From Clostridium sp. CAG:632 (GTDB lineage: Bacteria > Bacillota > Clostridia > Lachnospirales > Lachnospiraceae), in assembly GCA_000431515.1 (NCBI GenBank), contig HF991345.1, forward strand, positions 4,200 to 68,199: a stretch of DNA of 64,000 bases, given 5' to 3'. The notes under the pieces are model-generated. The model searched no databases, was not told the origin of the DNA, and saw nothing but the letters and a program-made list of their open reading frames with translations. The position numbers and the translations under genes are program-made. Below are positions 36,983-45,495 of this stretch, one piece after another (position 1 is the first letter of the stretch; every line of letters starts with the position of its first letter).

Positions 36983-38260
36983 ATGGAAACAAAAATCGAG
37001 ACAAAATGTATTCAGGAAGGGTATAAACCAAAGAAGGGAGAGCCACGTCAGGTTCCAATCATACAGAGCACCACGTTTAAGTATGATACCAGTGATGAGA
37101 TGGGAAAGCTTTTTGATCTGGAGGCAGACGGATATTTCTACACCCGTCTGCAGAATCCGACCAATGATGCGGTTGCGGCCAAGATCTGTGCCCTGGAGGG
37201 TGGTGTGGCAGCTATGCTGACTTCCTCCGGTCAGGCAGCTAATTTCTATGCGGTCTTTAATATCTGTGAAGCGGGAGATCATTTTATTGCGTCCAGCTCT
37301 ATTTACGGAGGTACTTACAATCTGTTTGGTGTCACCATGAAGAAGATGGGTATCGAGTGTACCTTTGTAGATCAGAATCTTTCCGAGGAAGAACTGGAAA
37401 AATATTTTAAGCCGAATACCAAGGCAGTGTTTGGAGAAACGATCACGAATCCGACCGTTTCTGTTTTTGATATCGAGAAATTTGCAAGACTGGCACATAA
37501 GCACGGAGTTCCGTTGATTGTAGATAATACCTTTGCAACACCGGTGAACTGCCGTCCGTTTGAATGGGGAGCTGATATCGTAACCCATTCTACGACAAAA
37601 TATATGGATGGGCATGCGGTTACGGTTGGCGGCTGTATCGTAGACAGCGGTAACTTCGACTGGCTGGCATATGGAGATAAATTCTCCGGCTTGACGACTC
37701 CGGATGAGTCATATCATGGAATCGTCTATGCAGAACGGTTTGGTAAGGCAGCCTATATCACCAAGGCAACTTCACAGCTGATGCGTGACTTCGGTTCTAT
37801 CCAGTCTCCGCAGAATGCATTTTATCTGAATATGGGTCTTGAAACCTTACCGCTCAGAGTAAGACAGCACTGCAGTAATGCACTGACGGTTGCAAAATAT
37901 TTAAAGGATCATGAGAAGGTAGCATGGGTAAAGTATCCGGATCTGGAAGGGGATGCGTATCATGAGCTGGCAGAGAAATATCTTCCGAACGGCTCCTGCG
38001 GTGTGCTTGCTTTCGGTTTAAAGGGTGGACGTGAAATTTCTGTTTCTTTTATGGATAAGCTGAAGCTGGCATCGATTGTTACCCATGTTGCAGACAGTAA
38101 GACATGTCTGTTACATCCGGCAAGTCATACGCATCGTCAGATGACTGATGAACAGCTGCGGGAAGCAGGTGTAGCACCGGACCTGATCCGTTTGTCTGTC
38201 GGTATTGAGAATGTGGATGACATCATTGCGGATCTGGAGCAGGCACTGGATCAGATTTAA
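36983..38260 (+). CDS. metY: O-acetylhomoserine aminocarboxypropyltransferase (sulfhydrylase)
   Basis: Cys/Met-metabolism PLP enzyme family (TRLQNPTNDAVAAKICALEGG...FSTTKYMDGH). RBS AAGGAG 7 nt upstream of the METKIE start. Confidence 0.8.
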   Translation: METKIETKCIQEGYKPKKGEPRQVPIIQSTTFKYDTSDEMGKLFDLEADGYFYTRLQNPTNDAVAAKICALEGGVAAMLTSSGQAANFYAVFNICEAGDHFIASSSIYGGTYNLFGVTMKKMGIECTFVDQNLSEEELEKYFKPNTKAVFGETITNPTVSVFDIEKFARLAHKHGVPLIVDNTFATPVNCRPFEWGADIVTHSTTKYMDGHAVTVGGCIVDSGNFDWLAYGDKFSGLTTPDESYHGIVYAERFGKAAYITKATSQLMRDFGSIQSPQNAFYLNMGLETLPLRVRQHCSNALTVAKYLKDHEKVAWVKYPDLEGDAYHELAEKYLPNGSCGVLAFGLKGGREISVSFMDKLKLASIVTHVADSKTCLLHPASHTHRQMTDEQLREAGVAPDLIRLSVGIENVDDIIADLEQALDQI

Positions 38261-38313
38261 TCAGGGCTGCGGGATAGAGATGAACATATGATGATTTGAG
38301 GGGAGGAATGGCA

Positions 38314-41300
38314 ATGGAACCAAAGGAATTCAGCAGTCGTGATAAACGGTCCGTAATACTGATCAAAGGGGTGTTCTGGGCAATGGTTGTGGCCTGGATT
38401 GTCCTTTGCGTTCTCGTTGCCATGAATACCCATGAGGATTTCCGAATCACGGACCATAACTGCCAGAGTTTTAATTCCGGCTGGGTTCTGTGCGGAGACA
38501 AGGAGATTCCGGTGCAGATTCCGGGCGTTGTAGAGGGGAACTCTACAGAGCTCCGGATCCGGAATGCTCTGCCAATGGATATAGACGGCAGAACCAGTAT
38601 TCTATTAAAGGGCCTGCATCAGGATGTGACTGTTTGGATAGACGGAGAGATCCGAGGTGTTCTGGATAACTCGGAAACCAGGCCGTTCGGGCGGCACACG
38701 CCGTCTGCCTATATGATAGTGCATTTAAATGAGACTGATGCCGGGAAGCCGATTGAGATACGTTATGCATCGGTTACACCCGCCGATGCCGGAAAATTAA
38801 ATGATATACGGATCGGCTCCGATGTAGGACTGATATTTTGGATGATAGATTCCTATGCCAGCGATCTGATTTTTGCAATCCTGCTTCTTTATACAGGAGT
38901 CGTTATTGTATTCTTAGGAATCGTTATGCGTTTTACCGGTGAAGAGAATCCTAATATGAATCTGGTATATCTGGGAACTTCCGCAATCTTTGTTGCAGTC
39001 TGGATGCTGGGAGAGGGAAGGCTTCGACAGTTCTACTACGGTAATCTGTCTGCCGGAGAACTGGTGCTGTGGGAGGCTTTATTTCTGGCACCGATACCAA
39101 TGATGTTCTATACCAGCCGGTTACAGGAACGGCGTTACAACAGGGTTTATATGACGGCCTCGGCTCTGGCTCTGATCGCAGACCTGACGATGCTGGCACT
39201 GGAACTGTTCAGTCCGTATGATTTCTTTGATCTGTATCCGATCGGATGGGCAGTCATCATAGGAAGCGGGCTTGTAGTTCTGGTAACGATAATCATGGAT
39301 TTCCGACGCGGGATTCATCGCTGGCGGCTGTTGCTTGGTATCCTGCTGCTTATGGGATGTGTTGTTATGCAGATGTGGAGATATGAACAGTCAGCCATTG
39401 GTATCTTTACCAATAATTATATTAGTCTGGGAATGATCATGTTCCTGATGCTGATGGGTATATCGGCGATTTCCAGTATTTTAAAGCAGCGACAGGAGCA
39501 GGCACTGGCGATCAAAGCGAATGAAACAAAAACAGACTTCCTGGCGAATATGTCACATGAGATCCGGACACCGATCAATGCAATGCTCGGTTTTGATGAG
39601 ATGATTCTGCGAGAGGAATCCGATGAGCAGATTGTGGAGTATGCAACAAATATAAAAAAGGCAGGGGGGAACCTGCTTTCCCTGATCAATGACATTCTGG
39701 ATTTCTCCAAGGTGGAATCCGGTAAGATGGAAATCGTAAATGATGAATACAGAACCAGCAGTATGCTGGCCGATGTCATTAATATGACATATATGAAGGC
39801 ACAGGATAAGGGACTGTCTTTCGATATTTTTATAGGAAAAGATATTCCGCGTGTATTATACGGAGATGAGATGCGGGTAAAGCAGATCCTGACCAATGTA
39901 CTGAATAATGCGGTAAAGTATACGGAGAAGGGCAGTGTCAGCTTAGGTGTCAGCTTTGATAAGCTTGGTGGTACACAGGGAAGGCTGCGGATTTCCATTG
40001 CAGATACGGGGATTGGTATAAAGCCGGAGAATATTGGTAAGATTACGGAAGCATTTCAACGGTTTGATCTGCAGCATAATCGCAGTATTGAAGGAGCCGG
40101 ACTTGGAATGAGTATTGTGTCAAGTCTGTTGAAGATCATGGGTGGTAAGTTACAGGTATACAGTACCTATGGAAAGGGTTCCGATTTCCGGATCATTATC
40201 CCGCAGGAAATAAAAGACGCAACACCGATCGGCAACTATCAGAACGACTACCGGAAGGGAATCCGGAAACAGGAAGCATACCGGGAGCTGTTTACGGCAC
40301 CGCAGGCGAAGGTATTGTTTGTGGATGATAACTTTATGAATCTGTCGGTAGTAAAGGGACTGTTAAAAAAGACCAAGATACAGGTCGGTATTGCGGAAAG
40401 CGGGGCGGCGTGCCTGGAACTGACCAGAAAAAATAAGTATGATCTGATTTTTATGGATCATCTGATGCCGGATATGGATGGTGTGGAGACTTTGCATCGA
40501 TTAAGGAATGAAACAGGCAATCCCAACCAGTACACGATGGTGATCGCATTGACGGCGAATGCGATCAAAGGCTCCAGAGAGTACTATCTGGAAGAAGGGT
40601 TTCATGAATATCTGTCGAAGCCTATTGAAGGAGAGAAACTGGAAGAACTATTACTGAAGCTTTTGCCGAAGGAGTATATCATTCCGGCCGAGGAGAGTGC
40701 AGAAAATGTTCTGGATTACCTGGAGAAGGATCAGGGAGAGGGCACAGAGAAGCAGCAGACTGCCACAGCGGACAGCTGTATGCAGGAGTTGGAGGATATG
40801 TTAAAACAGGCACATATCCAGGTGGCTGTCGGATATCGCTATGCAGGAAACTCAATGGGACAATTCCATTGGATGATCATGTTGTTTGCCGAGAATTTTG
40901 AAAAAGCTTATCAGAAACTGCAGGGCTATTACATAAAGAAACAGGAAGATATGTATACCATTGATGTACATGCTCTGAAATCTAATGCAAAAAGCATCGG
41001 AGCCAACCAGCTTTATCAGCTGGCATGGGAGCATGAGCAGCAGTCCAGAGCCGGTAACTGGAACTACGTCAGAGAGCATTGGGATGAGCTGAGCCGGGAA
41101 TGGCTCTGTGTTGTGAACGGCATCCTGAACTATATTGGGGAAAATCCGGTTGAATTATCCGAGGTAGCCGTGACGGAGGAATCAGACGAAGGTGAGAACT
41201 ATGAGCTGACACCGGCACAACGGATGTTATTGGATAATTGTATTTCTCTGATTGAAGATTATGATGCGGATTCTGCAGAACGGATGCTGACGCAGCTCCT

Positions 41301-41406
41301 GCAGGAAGATCTGACGGAGGGAATCCGGCAGCAGCTTATCGCAGCGGAGAAGAAGCTGGAGCAGATGGAATACGAGGACGTATTGCGTATTTTGAAGTGT
41401 ATTTAA
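38314..41406 (+). CDS. Hybrid sensor histidine kinase with an N-terminal 7TMR-DISM extracellular domain and 7 TMs, plus HisKA, HATPase_c, REC and HPt
   Basis: H-box ANMSHEIRTPINAMLGF. N/G boxes. REC domain (VLFVDDN...FMDHLMPDMDG). C-terminal HPt (HALKSNAKSIGA). Confidence 0.8.
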   Translation: MEPKEFSSRDKRSVILIKGVFWAMVVAWIVLCVLVAMNTHEDFRITDHNCQSFNSGWVLCGDKEIPVQIPGVVEGNSTELRIRNALPMDIDGRTSILLKGLHQDVTVWIDGEIRGVLDNSETRPFGRHTPSAYMIVHLNETDAGKPIEIRYASVTPADAGKLNDIRIGSDVGLIFWMIDSYASDLIFAILLLYTGVVIVFLGIVMRFTGEENPNMNLVYLGTSAIFVAVWMLGEGRLRQFYYGNLSAGELVLWEALFLAPIPMMFYTSRLQERRYNRVYMTASALALIADLTMLALELFSPYDFFDLYPIGWAVIIGSGLVVLVTIIMDFRRGIHRWRLLLGILLLMGCVVMQMWRYEQSAIGIFTNNYISLGMIMFLMLMGISAISSILKQRQEQALAIKANETKTDFLANMSHEIRTPINAMLGFDEMILREESDEQIVEYATNIKKAGGNLLSLINDILDFSKVESGKMEIVNDEYRTSSMLADVINMTYMKAQDKGLSFDIFIGKDIPRVLYGDEMRVKQILTNVLNNAVKYTEKGSVSLGVSFDKLGGTQGRLRISIADTGIGIKPENIGKITEAFQRFDLQHNRSIEGAGLGMSIVSSLLKIMGGKLQVYSTYGKGSDFRIIIPQEIKDATPIGNYQNDYRKGIRKQEAYRELFTAPQAKVLFVDDNFMNLSVVKGLLKKTKIQVGIAESGAACLELTRKNKYDLIFMDHLMPDMDGVETLHRLRNETGNPNQYTMVIALTANAIKGSREYYLEEGFHEYLSKPIEGEKLEELLLKLLPKEYIIPAEESAENVLDYLEKDQGEGTEKQQTATADSCMQELEDMLKQAHIQVAVGYRYAGNSMGQFHWMIMLFAENFEKAYQKLQGYYIKKQEDMYTIDVHALKSNAKSIGANQLYQLAWEHEQQSRAGNWNYVREHWDELSREWLCVVNGILNYIGENPVELSEVAVTEESDEGENYELTPAQRMLLDNCISLIEDYDADSAERMLTQLLQEDLTEGIRQQLIAAEKKLEQMEYEDVLRILKCI

Positions 41407-41425
41407 CGGGGAATCCATTGCATTC

Positions 41426-41454
41426 TTGACAATCAGAAGAGGAATGCATACAAT
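41426..41454 (+). promoter_or_regulatory. Consensus sigma-A promoter driving the cobalamin riboswitch operon
   Basis: TTGACA, a 17-nt spacer, then TACAAT. Confidence 0.6.
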
Positions 41455-41461
41455 GAAAGCA

Positions 41462-41700
41462 TTGAAAATGTCATAGTTCTGTAAACCTTGTGGTCGGAGG
41501 CGGGAGCCTTCGTTTAAAGGAACCGGGTGAGAAGCCGGACTGTTAATCCCAGCCGTAATGGGGACGAGGAAGCCATGGATGCCACTGGAGCAATAGCTCC
41601 GGGAAGGCGGCTTCAGTAGGAAGAACCAGAGTCGGAACACAATACATGAGGGAGGAATCGGGAGAATATCTTTAGGCAAGAAGATGTTTATTTTTGTTGT
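41462..41700 (+). ncRNA. Cobalamin (B12) riboswitch
   Basis: CCGGGTGAGAAGCCGGACTG...AATCCCAGCC core. B12 box GCCACTGG...GGGAAGGC at 41581-41610. Confidence 0.7.
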
Positions 41701-41774
41701 CATAATTTCTCAGGGTCATTCAGATTATTCAGGATACGACAGGTTCATAAAAACAAGAAAAGGAGAAATGAAAC

Positions 41775-43700
41775 ATGGCAAACAAGATGAAAAAGCTGGC
41801 AGCAATGCTTGTAGCGGTTGCAATGGTGCTTACATTGTTCCCGTCAAGTGTATTTGCCGCAGATGAGCATGCAGATGAAGTGCATGTAATTGTTGAAAAC
41901 ACGACCTATGCAAAGACAGCAGGTGCCCCATGGGAAGGCAGAGCTGTAGATACCTGGGTAAAGATCAATGCAGACAGTACAGGAATCTCTGTATTAAAGG
42001 AAGCCGTCGGAGAGGCTAATGTAACGGTAACATCGAGTTCGTATGGAAGTTTTATTTCAGCCATTAAAGGAATTACCAGTGGAGATGGCGGAGATACTTC
42101 TATCGGTTATAATCCGGCAGGCTGGTTGTATCTTCTTAATGATACAATGGCAAACTTTGGTATTGACGGATGTACGGTAGCAGCCGGGACCTTAAGTGCC
42201 GGAGATGAGCTGTCATTCGAGTACTCACTGACCGGCGGTTCCGATATCGGATATGACTGGCAGGATACAGAGAAAAAGGCGTTAAAGGATCTGACAGTCA
42301 GTGATGGTATTTTATCTCCTGCATTCAGTTCCTCCGTTACCTCTTATACGCTGACGGTTCCGGCAGGTGTAAGCAGTGTAGTACTTTCACCGGAAGCAGA
42401 GAATAAGACAGAGACCGTGACTATTACCGCAGGTGGAACTACTTATAAGAGAGCCATGAGTATTCCGGTAGTCAATGGTACGAAGATCACGATCACCAGC
42501 AGCAACGGTACCGATCAGACAGTATACAATGTCTATATGAAGCAGGATCAGGGATATACTGCAGACACAATGCGCAAAGGAGTTCTTTCCGTTCTGGATC
42601 AGAGCCTGAATGATACGACCTGCGCATATGGCAATGAGTGGGCAGTACTTGCACTGGCAAGGGATGGTGCATTAAGCAGGGAAAAGGCAGCAGCCTATTA
42701 TGCCAGCGTAGAAGCAACTGTAAAAGAACTAAAGAGTGATAAATTAGATTCCACCTATGCAACCACAAATGCAAGAGTTGCACTGGCGATCAGTGCGATC
42801 GGCGAGGATCCACAGAAGGTAGCCGGTTATAACCTGTTGCAGCCGCTTGCCAATATGGATTATATTAACGGACAGGGCGTGAATGCTGCCGCATATGCAT
42901 TGCTGGCATTTGATGCAAAGCAGTATGAGATTCCGACCGCAAAGGCAGGAGAAACTCAGACAACCAGAGAAGGACTGATCCGGAAGATTTTGGATGCACA
43001 GTTATCGGATGGCGGCTGGGATTATTCCGAAGTCGGTGCAGATCCGGATATGACAGCTATGGTTCTGCAGGCACTGGCTCCGTATTGCAGCTCTGATACA
43101 GCGGTCCGGACGGCAGTGGATAAAGGACTTTCCGCACTTTCTGCAATTCAAAATCCGGATGGCACTTATTCCAGCTGGGGATATGTTTCCTCTTACAGTC
43201 TGGCACAGGTGCTGACAGCATTATCGATCTTAAAGGTAGACCCGCTGACCGATAGCCGGTTTATTAAGAATGGACGGACTGTGATCGACGCATTGGGAGA
43301 CTTCTATGTGCCGGGTGCAGGCTTTAAGGGTAATATCGATGATACAGCAGTAGCCGCAGGTGCAAATGTACAGGCTGCTTATGCATTAGTTGCATATCAT
43401 CGCTATGTAGAAGGCAAGAATTCATTATATGATATGCGTGATGCGAAGAAAGAGGAAGCTCCGACAACAACGGAGACAACGACCGAAGCTACAACGGAAG
43501 CCACCACAGCAGCCACGACAGCGTCAGCTACAACTGCTGTAGCCACTACAGCAGCCACTGAGGCAACGACTGCTTCCGGAGCAAAGGATGTGAAGACACC
43601 GACAACCGGAGATGCTGCACCGGTAGCTGTTATCGTACTTCTGATGGCAGCTTCTATGGCAGGTGTCGTAATTATAGGTAAGAAAAAAGCACAGAGATAA
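41775..43700 (+). CDS. Cell-surface cobalamin-binding-like protein: DUF4430 (transcobalamin beta-domain-like), a cadherin-like beta-sandwich and an alpha/alpha-barrel (prenyltransferase/terpene-cyclase-like) domain; Thr-rich stalk and C-terminal TPTTG-TM-KKK anchor
   Basis: Signal peptide. The N-terminal 150 aa resemble the following DUF4430 ORF. Repeats of the form DGGWDY / GNEWAVLALA. C-terminus KTPTTGDAAPVAVIVLLMAASMAGVVIIGKKKAQR. Confidence 0.5.
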   Translation: MANKMKKLAAMLVAVAMVLTLFPSSVFAADEHADEVHVIVENTTYAKTAGAPWEGRAVDTWVKINADSTGISVLKEAVGEANVTVTSSSYGSFISAIKGITSGDGGDTSIGYNPAGWLYLLNDTMANFGIDGCTVAAGTLSAGDELSFEYSLTGGSDIGYDWQDTEKKALKDLTVSDGILSPAFSSSVTSYTLTVPAGVSSVVLSPEAENKTETVTITAGGTTYKRAMSIPVVNGTKITITSSNGTDQTVYNVYMKQDQGYTADTMRKGVLSVLDQSLNDTTCAYGNEWAVLALARDGALSREKAAAYYASVEATVKELKSDKLDSTYATTNARVALAISAIGEDPQKVAGYNLLQPLANMDYINGQGVNAAAYALLAFDAKQYEIPTAKAGETQTTREGLIRKILDAQLSDGGWDYSEVGADPDMTAMVLQALAPYCSSDTAVRTAVDKGLSALSAIQNPDGTYSSWGYVSSYSLAQVLTALSILKVDPLTDSRFIKNGRTVIDALGDFYVPGAGFKGNIDDTAVAAGANVQAAYALVAYHRYVEGKNSLYDMRDAKKEEAPTTTETTTEATTEATTAATTASATTAVATTAATEATTASGAKDVKTPTTGDAAPVAVIVLLMAASMAGVVIIGKKKAQR

Positions 43701-43753
43701 GTGTAGAAACAGATATAGGATAAAAGATATAGAATAAAACAGGAGGCTGTACA

Positions 43754-44584
43754 ATGATTCAGTGGATGAAGGACCATAAAAAATACTTGATCGGTGCCGG
43801 AGTGATTCTGCTGATATTATTGGCAGCCTTCTTTTTCGGTGGAAATAACGGAAAGAATGGCAGCTCTGCAGACGGAACGGAGGAACGGGTAAGTGAAAGC
43901 ACCGGGAGTTCGGAAGGGAAAGCTACAGCAACAACAAATTCCGGAAAAACGCAGGAACCGACAGAGACCGGTTCGTCTGAGGCAGGACAGAAAGAGGAAG
44001 CCTCAGCATCGGACAGGAAGAATCCGTCAGCAACGTCTGAGGGACGGGAGACCGGAGAGAGATCAACGGATTCTACACATGGAGAGAATACTGCAGCATC
44101 GACAGCCGGAACAAGTGAAACATCGACAGCCGGAACAACACGGACAGAGGCTCCGACAACGACCGAGACACCTACAACAACTGAGGCACCGACTCCTACT
44201 TATAGTTGTACAATTCAGATTTCCTGTGCAACGATCCTGAATCATATGGATAGTCTGAAACCGGAGAAGGCAGGACTGATTCCTGCAGACGGAGTGATCT
44301 TATCTGCCAGAACCGTGACCTTTACGGAGGGAGAGACCGTATATGATGTTCTGCGCCGGGCCTGCCGGGATGCAGGAGTTCCGCTGGATGCTGTTTATTC
44401 ACCGGCATATGGCACTGCCTATGTAAAGGGAATCAATAATATTTATGAGTTCGATTGCGGCAATCTGTCCGGTTGGAAATACTGTGTAAACGGAGTATAT
44501 CCAAACTATGGATGTTCTGCCTATGTGTTAAAAGAAGGGGATGTGATTCAGTGGAATTACACCTGTGATATGAATGATCTGTAA
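43754..44584 (+). CDS. Membrane-anchored DUF4430-domain protein (transcobalamin-like B12-binding fold) with a Thr/Glu-rich linker
   Basis: N-terminal TM. Low-complexity T/E/S linker. C-terminal 110-aa DUF4430 domain (...GWKYCVNGVYPNYGCSAYVLKEGDVIQWNYT). Confidence 0.5.
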   Translation: MIQWMKDHKKYLIGAGVILLILLAAFFFGGNNGKNGSSADGTEERVSESTGSSEGKATATTNSGKTQEPTETGSSEAGQKEEASASDRKNPSATSEGRETGERSTDSTHGENTAASTAGTSETSTAGTTRTEAPTTTETPTTTEAPTPTYSCTIQISCATILNHMDSLKPEKAGLIPADGVILSARTVTFTEGETVYDVLRRACRDAGVPLDAVYSPAYGTAYVKGINNIYEFDCGNLSGWKYCVNGVYPNYGCSAYVLKEGDVIQWNYTCDMNDL

Positions 44585-44601
44585 TAGATAATGGAGAATA
44601 T

Positions 44602-45495
44602 ATGAAAGATGCTTTTTCAAACTACCATCCAATTGTAAATCTGACTTATTTTCTGATGGTTCTTGGTTGCGCATCGTTGCTCAGACATCCTGTTTGTCTG
44701 GGAATTGCTCTGGTTTCATCTACGATTTATGCATCAGTATTGACGGGAAAAGAGAATCTGATACGGATTATAAAAGGTATGCTGCCGATGTCAGTCATGA
44801 TCATCATCATAAACCCGCTGGTAAATCATCAGGGGGTAACGATTCTCGGATACTTCAGGAGCGGTAACCCATTTACATTGGAAGCATGTATCTATGGATT
44901 TGCCGCTGCTGCCATTATCTGGTCTCTCGTGCAATGGTTTGTATGCTGGAACCGGATTATGACAACGGAGAAGCTGATCTATCTGTTTGGCAGGCTCATG
45001 CCGGCTCTGAGTCTTGTAGTCTCTATGAGTCTTCGGTTTGTGCCAAGATATCAGCGACAGCTGCACAAAATCATGGATGCACAGAAGCAATTGGGAAAAT
45101 TCGGGAAAGGTGCCGGAGTGATCTCACGGTTAAAGCTGAGTATCCGGGTGCTGTCGATCATGACGACCTGGGCGATCGAGCATGCGGTAGAAACTGCACA
45201 GTCGATGAAAGGACGCGGCTATGGCCTTCCGGGACGGACTGCATTCTCTATCTATCGATGGCAGGCGCGGGATACCCGGCTGTTTATATTTGAACTGGTT
45301 CTGGGAGTGTCCGTACTGATTGGCGGGATCCGCGGAAGCTTTCAATGGAGTTGGATGCCGATAATGTCAAGTCTGCATATTACGGTGGAAAACGGACTGA
45401 TATTCGGCAGTTATCTGTTGCTGACATTGTTACCGGCCGGCTTGAATGGGAAGGAGGAAATGGAATGGAAGAAATCCTGCGAGTCGAACAATTAA
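44602..45495 (+). CDS. ECF transporter transmembrane (T) component, EcfT/CbiQ family
   Basis: CbiQ-like 5-TM protein with a C-terminal coupling-helix region. Confidence 0.75.
   Translation: MKDAFSNYHPIVNLTYFLMVLGCASLLRHPVCLGIALVSSTIYASVLTGKENLIRIIKGMLPMSVMIIIINPLVNHQGVTILGYFRSGNPFTLEACIYGFAAAAIIWSLVQWFVCWNRIMTTEKLIYLFGRLMPALSLVVSMSLRFVPRYQRQLHKIMDAQKQLGKFGKGAGVISRLKLSIRVLSIMTTWAIEHAVETAQSMKGRGYGLPGRTAFSIYRWQARDTRLFIFELVLGVSVLIGGIRGSFQWSWMPIMSSLHITVENGLIFGSYLLLTLLPAGLNGKEEMEWKKSCESNN

Noticed and set aside
36905-37615. 236-aa ORF on the minus strand
   Set aside because: It lies entirely inside the well-supported metY coding region on the opposite strand and has no recognisable domain, so it is a spurious antisense frame.
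41684-41866. 60-aa ORF spanning the riboswitch expression platform and the start of the surface-protein gene
   Set aside because: It is out of frame with the signal-peptide-encoding start at 41775, which has a proper RBS.
43893-44240. 115-aa Arg/Gln-rich alternative frame
   Set aside because: It falls within the low-complexity Thr/Glu linker-coding region of the DUF4430 gene and is a frame artefact of repetitive codons.
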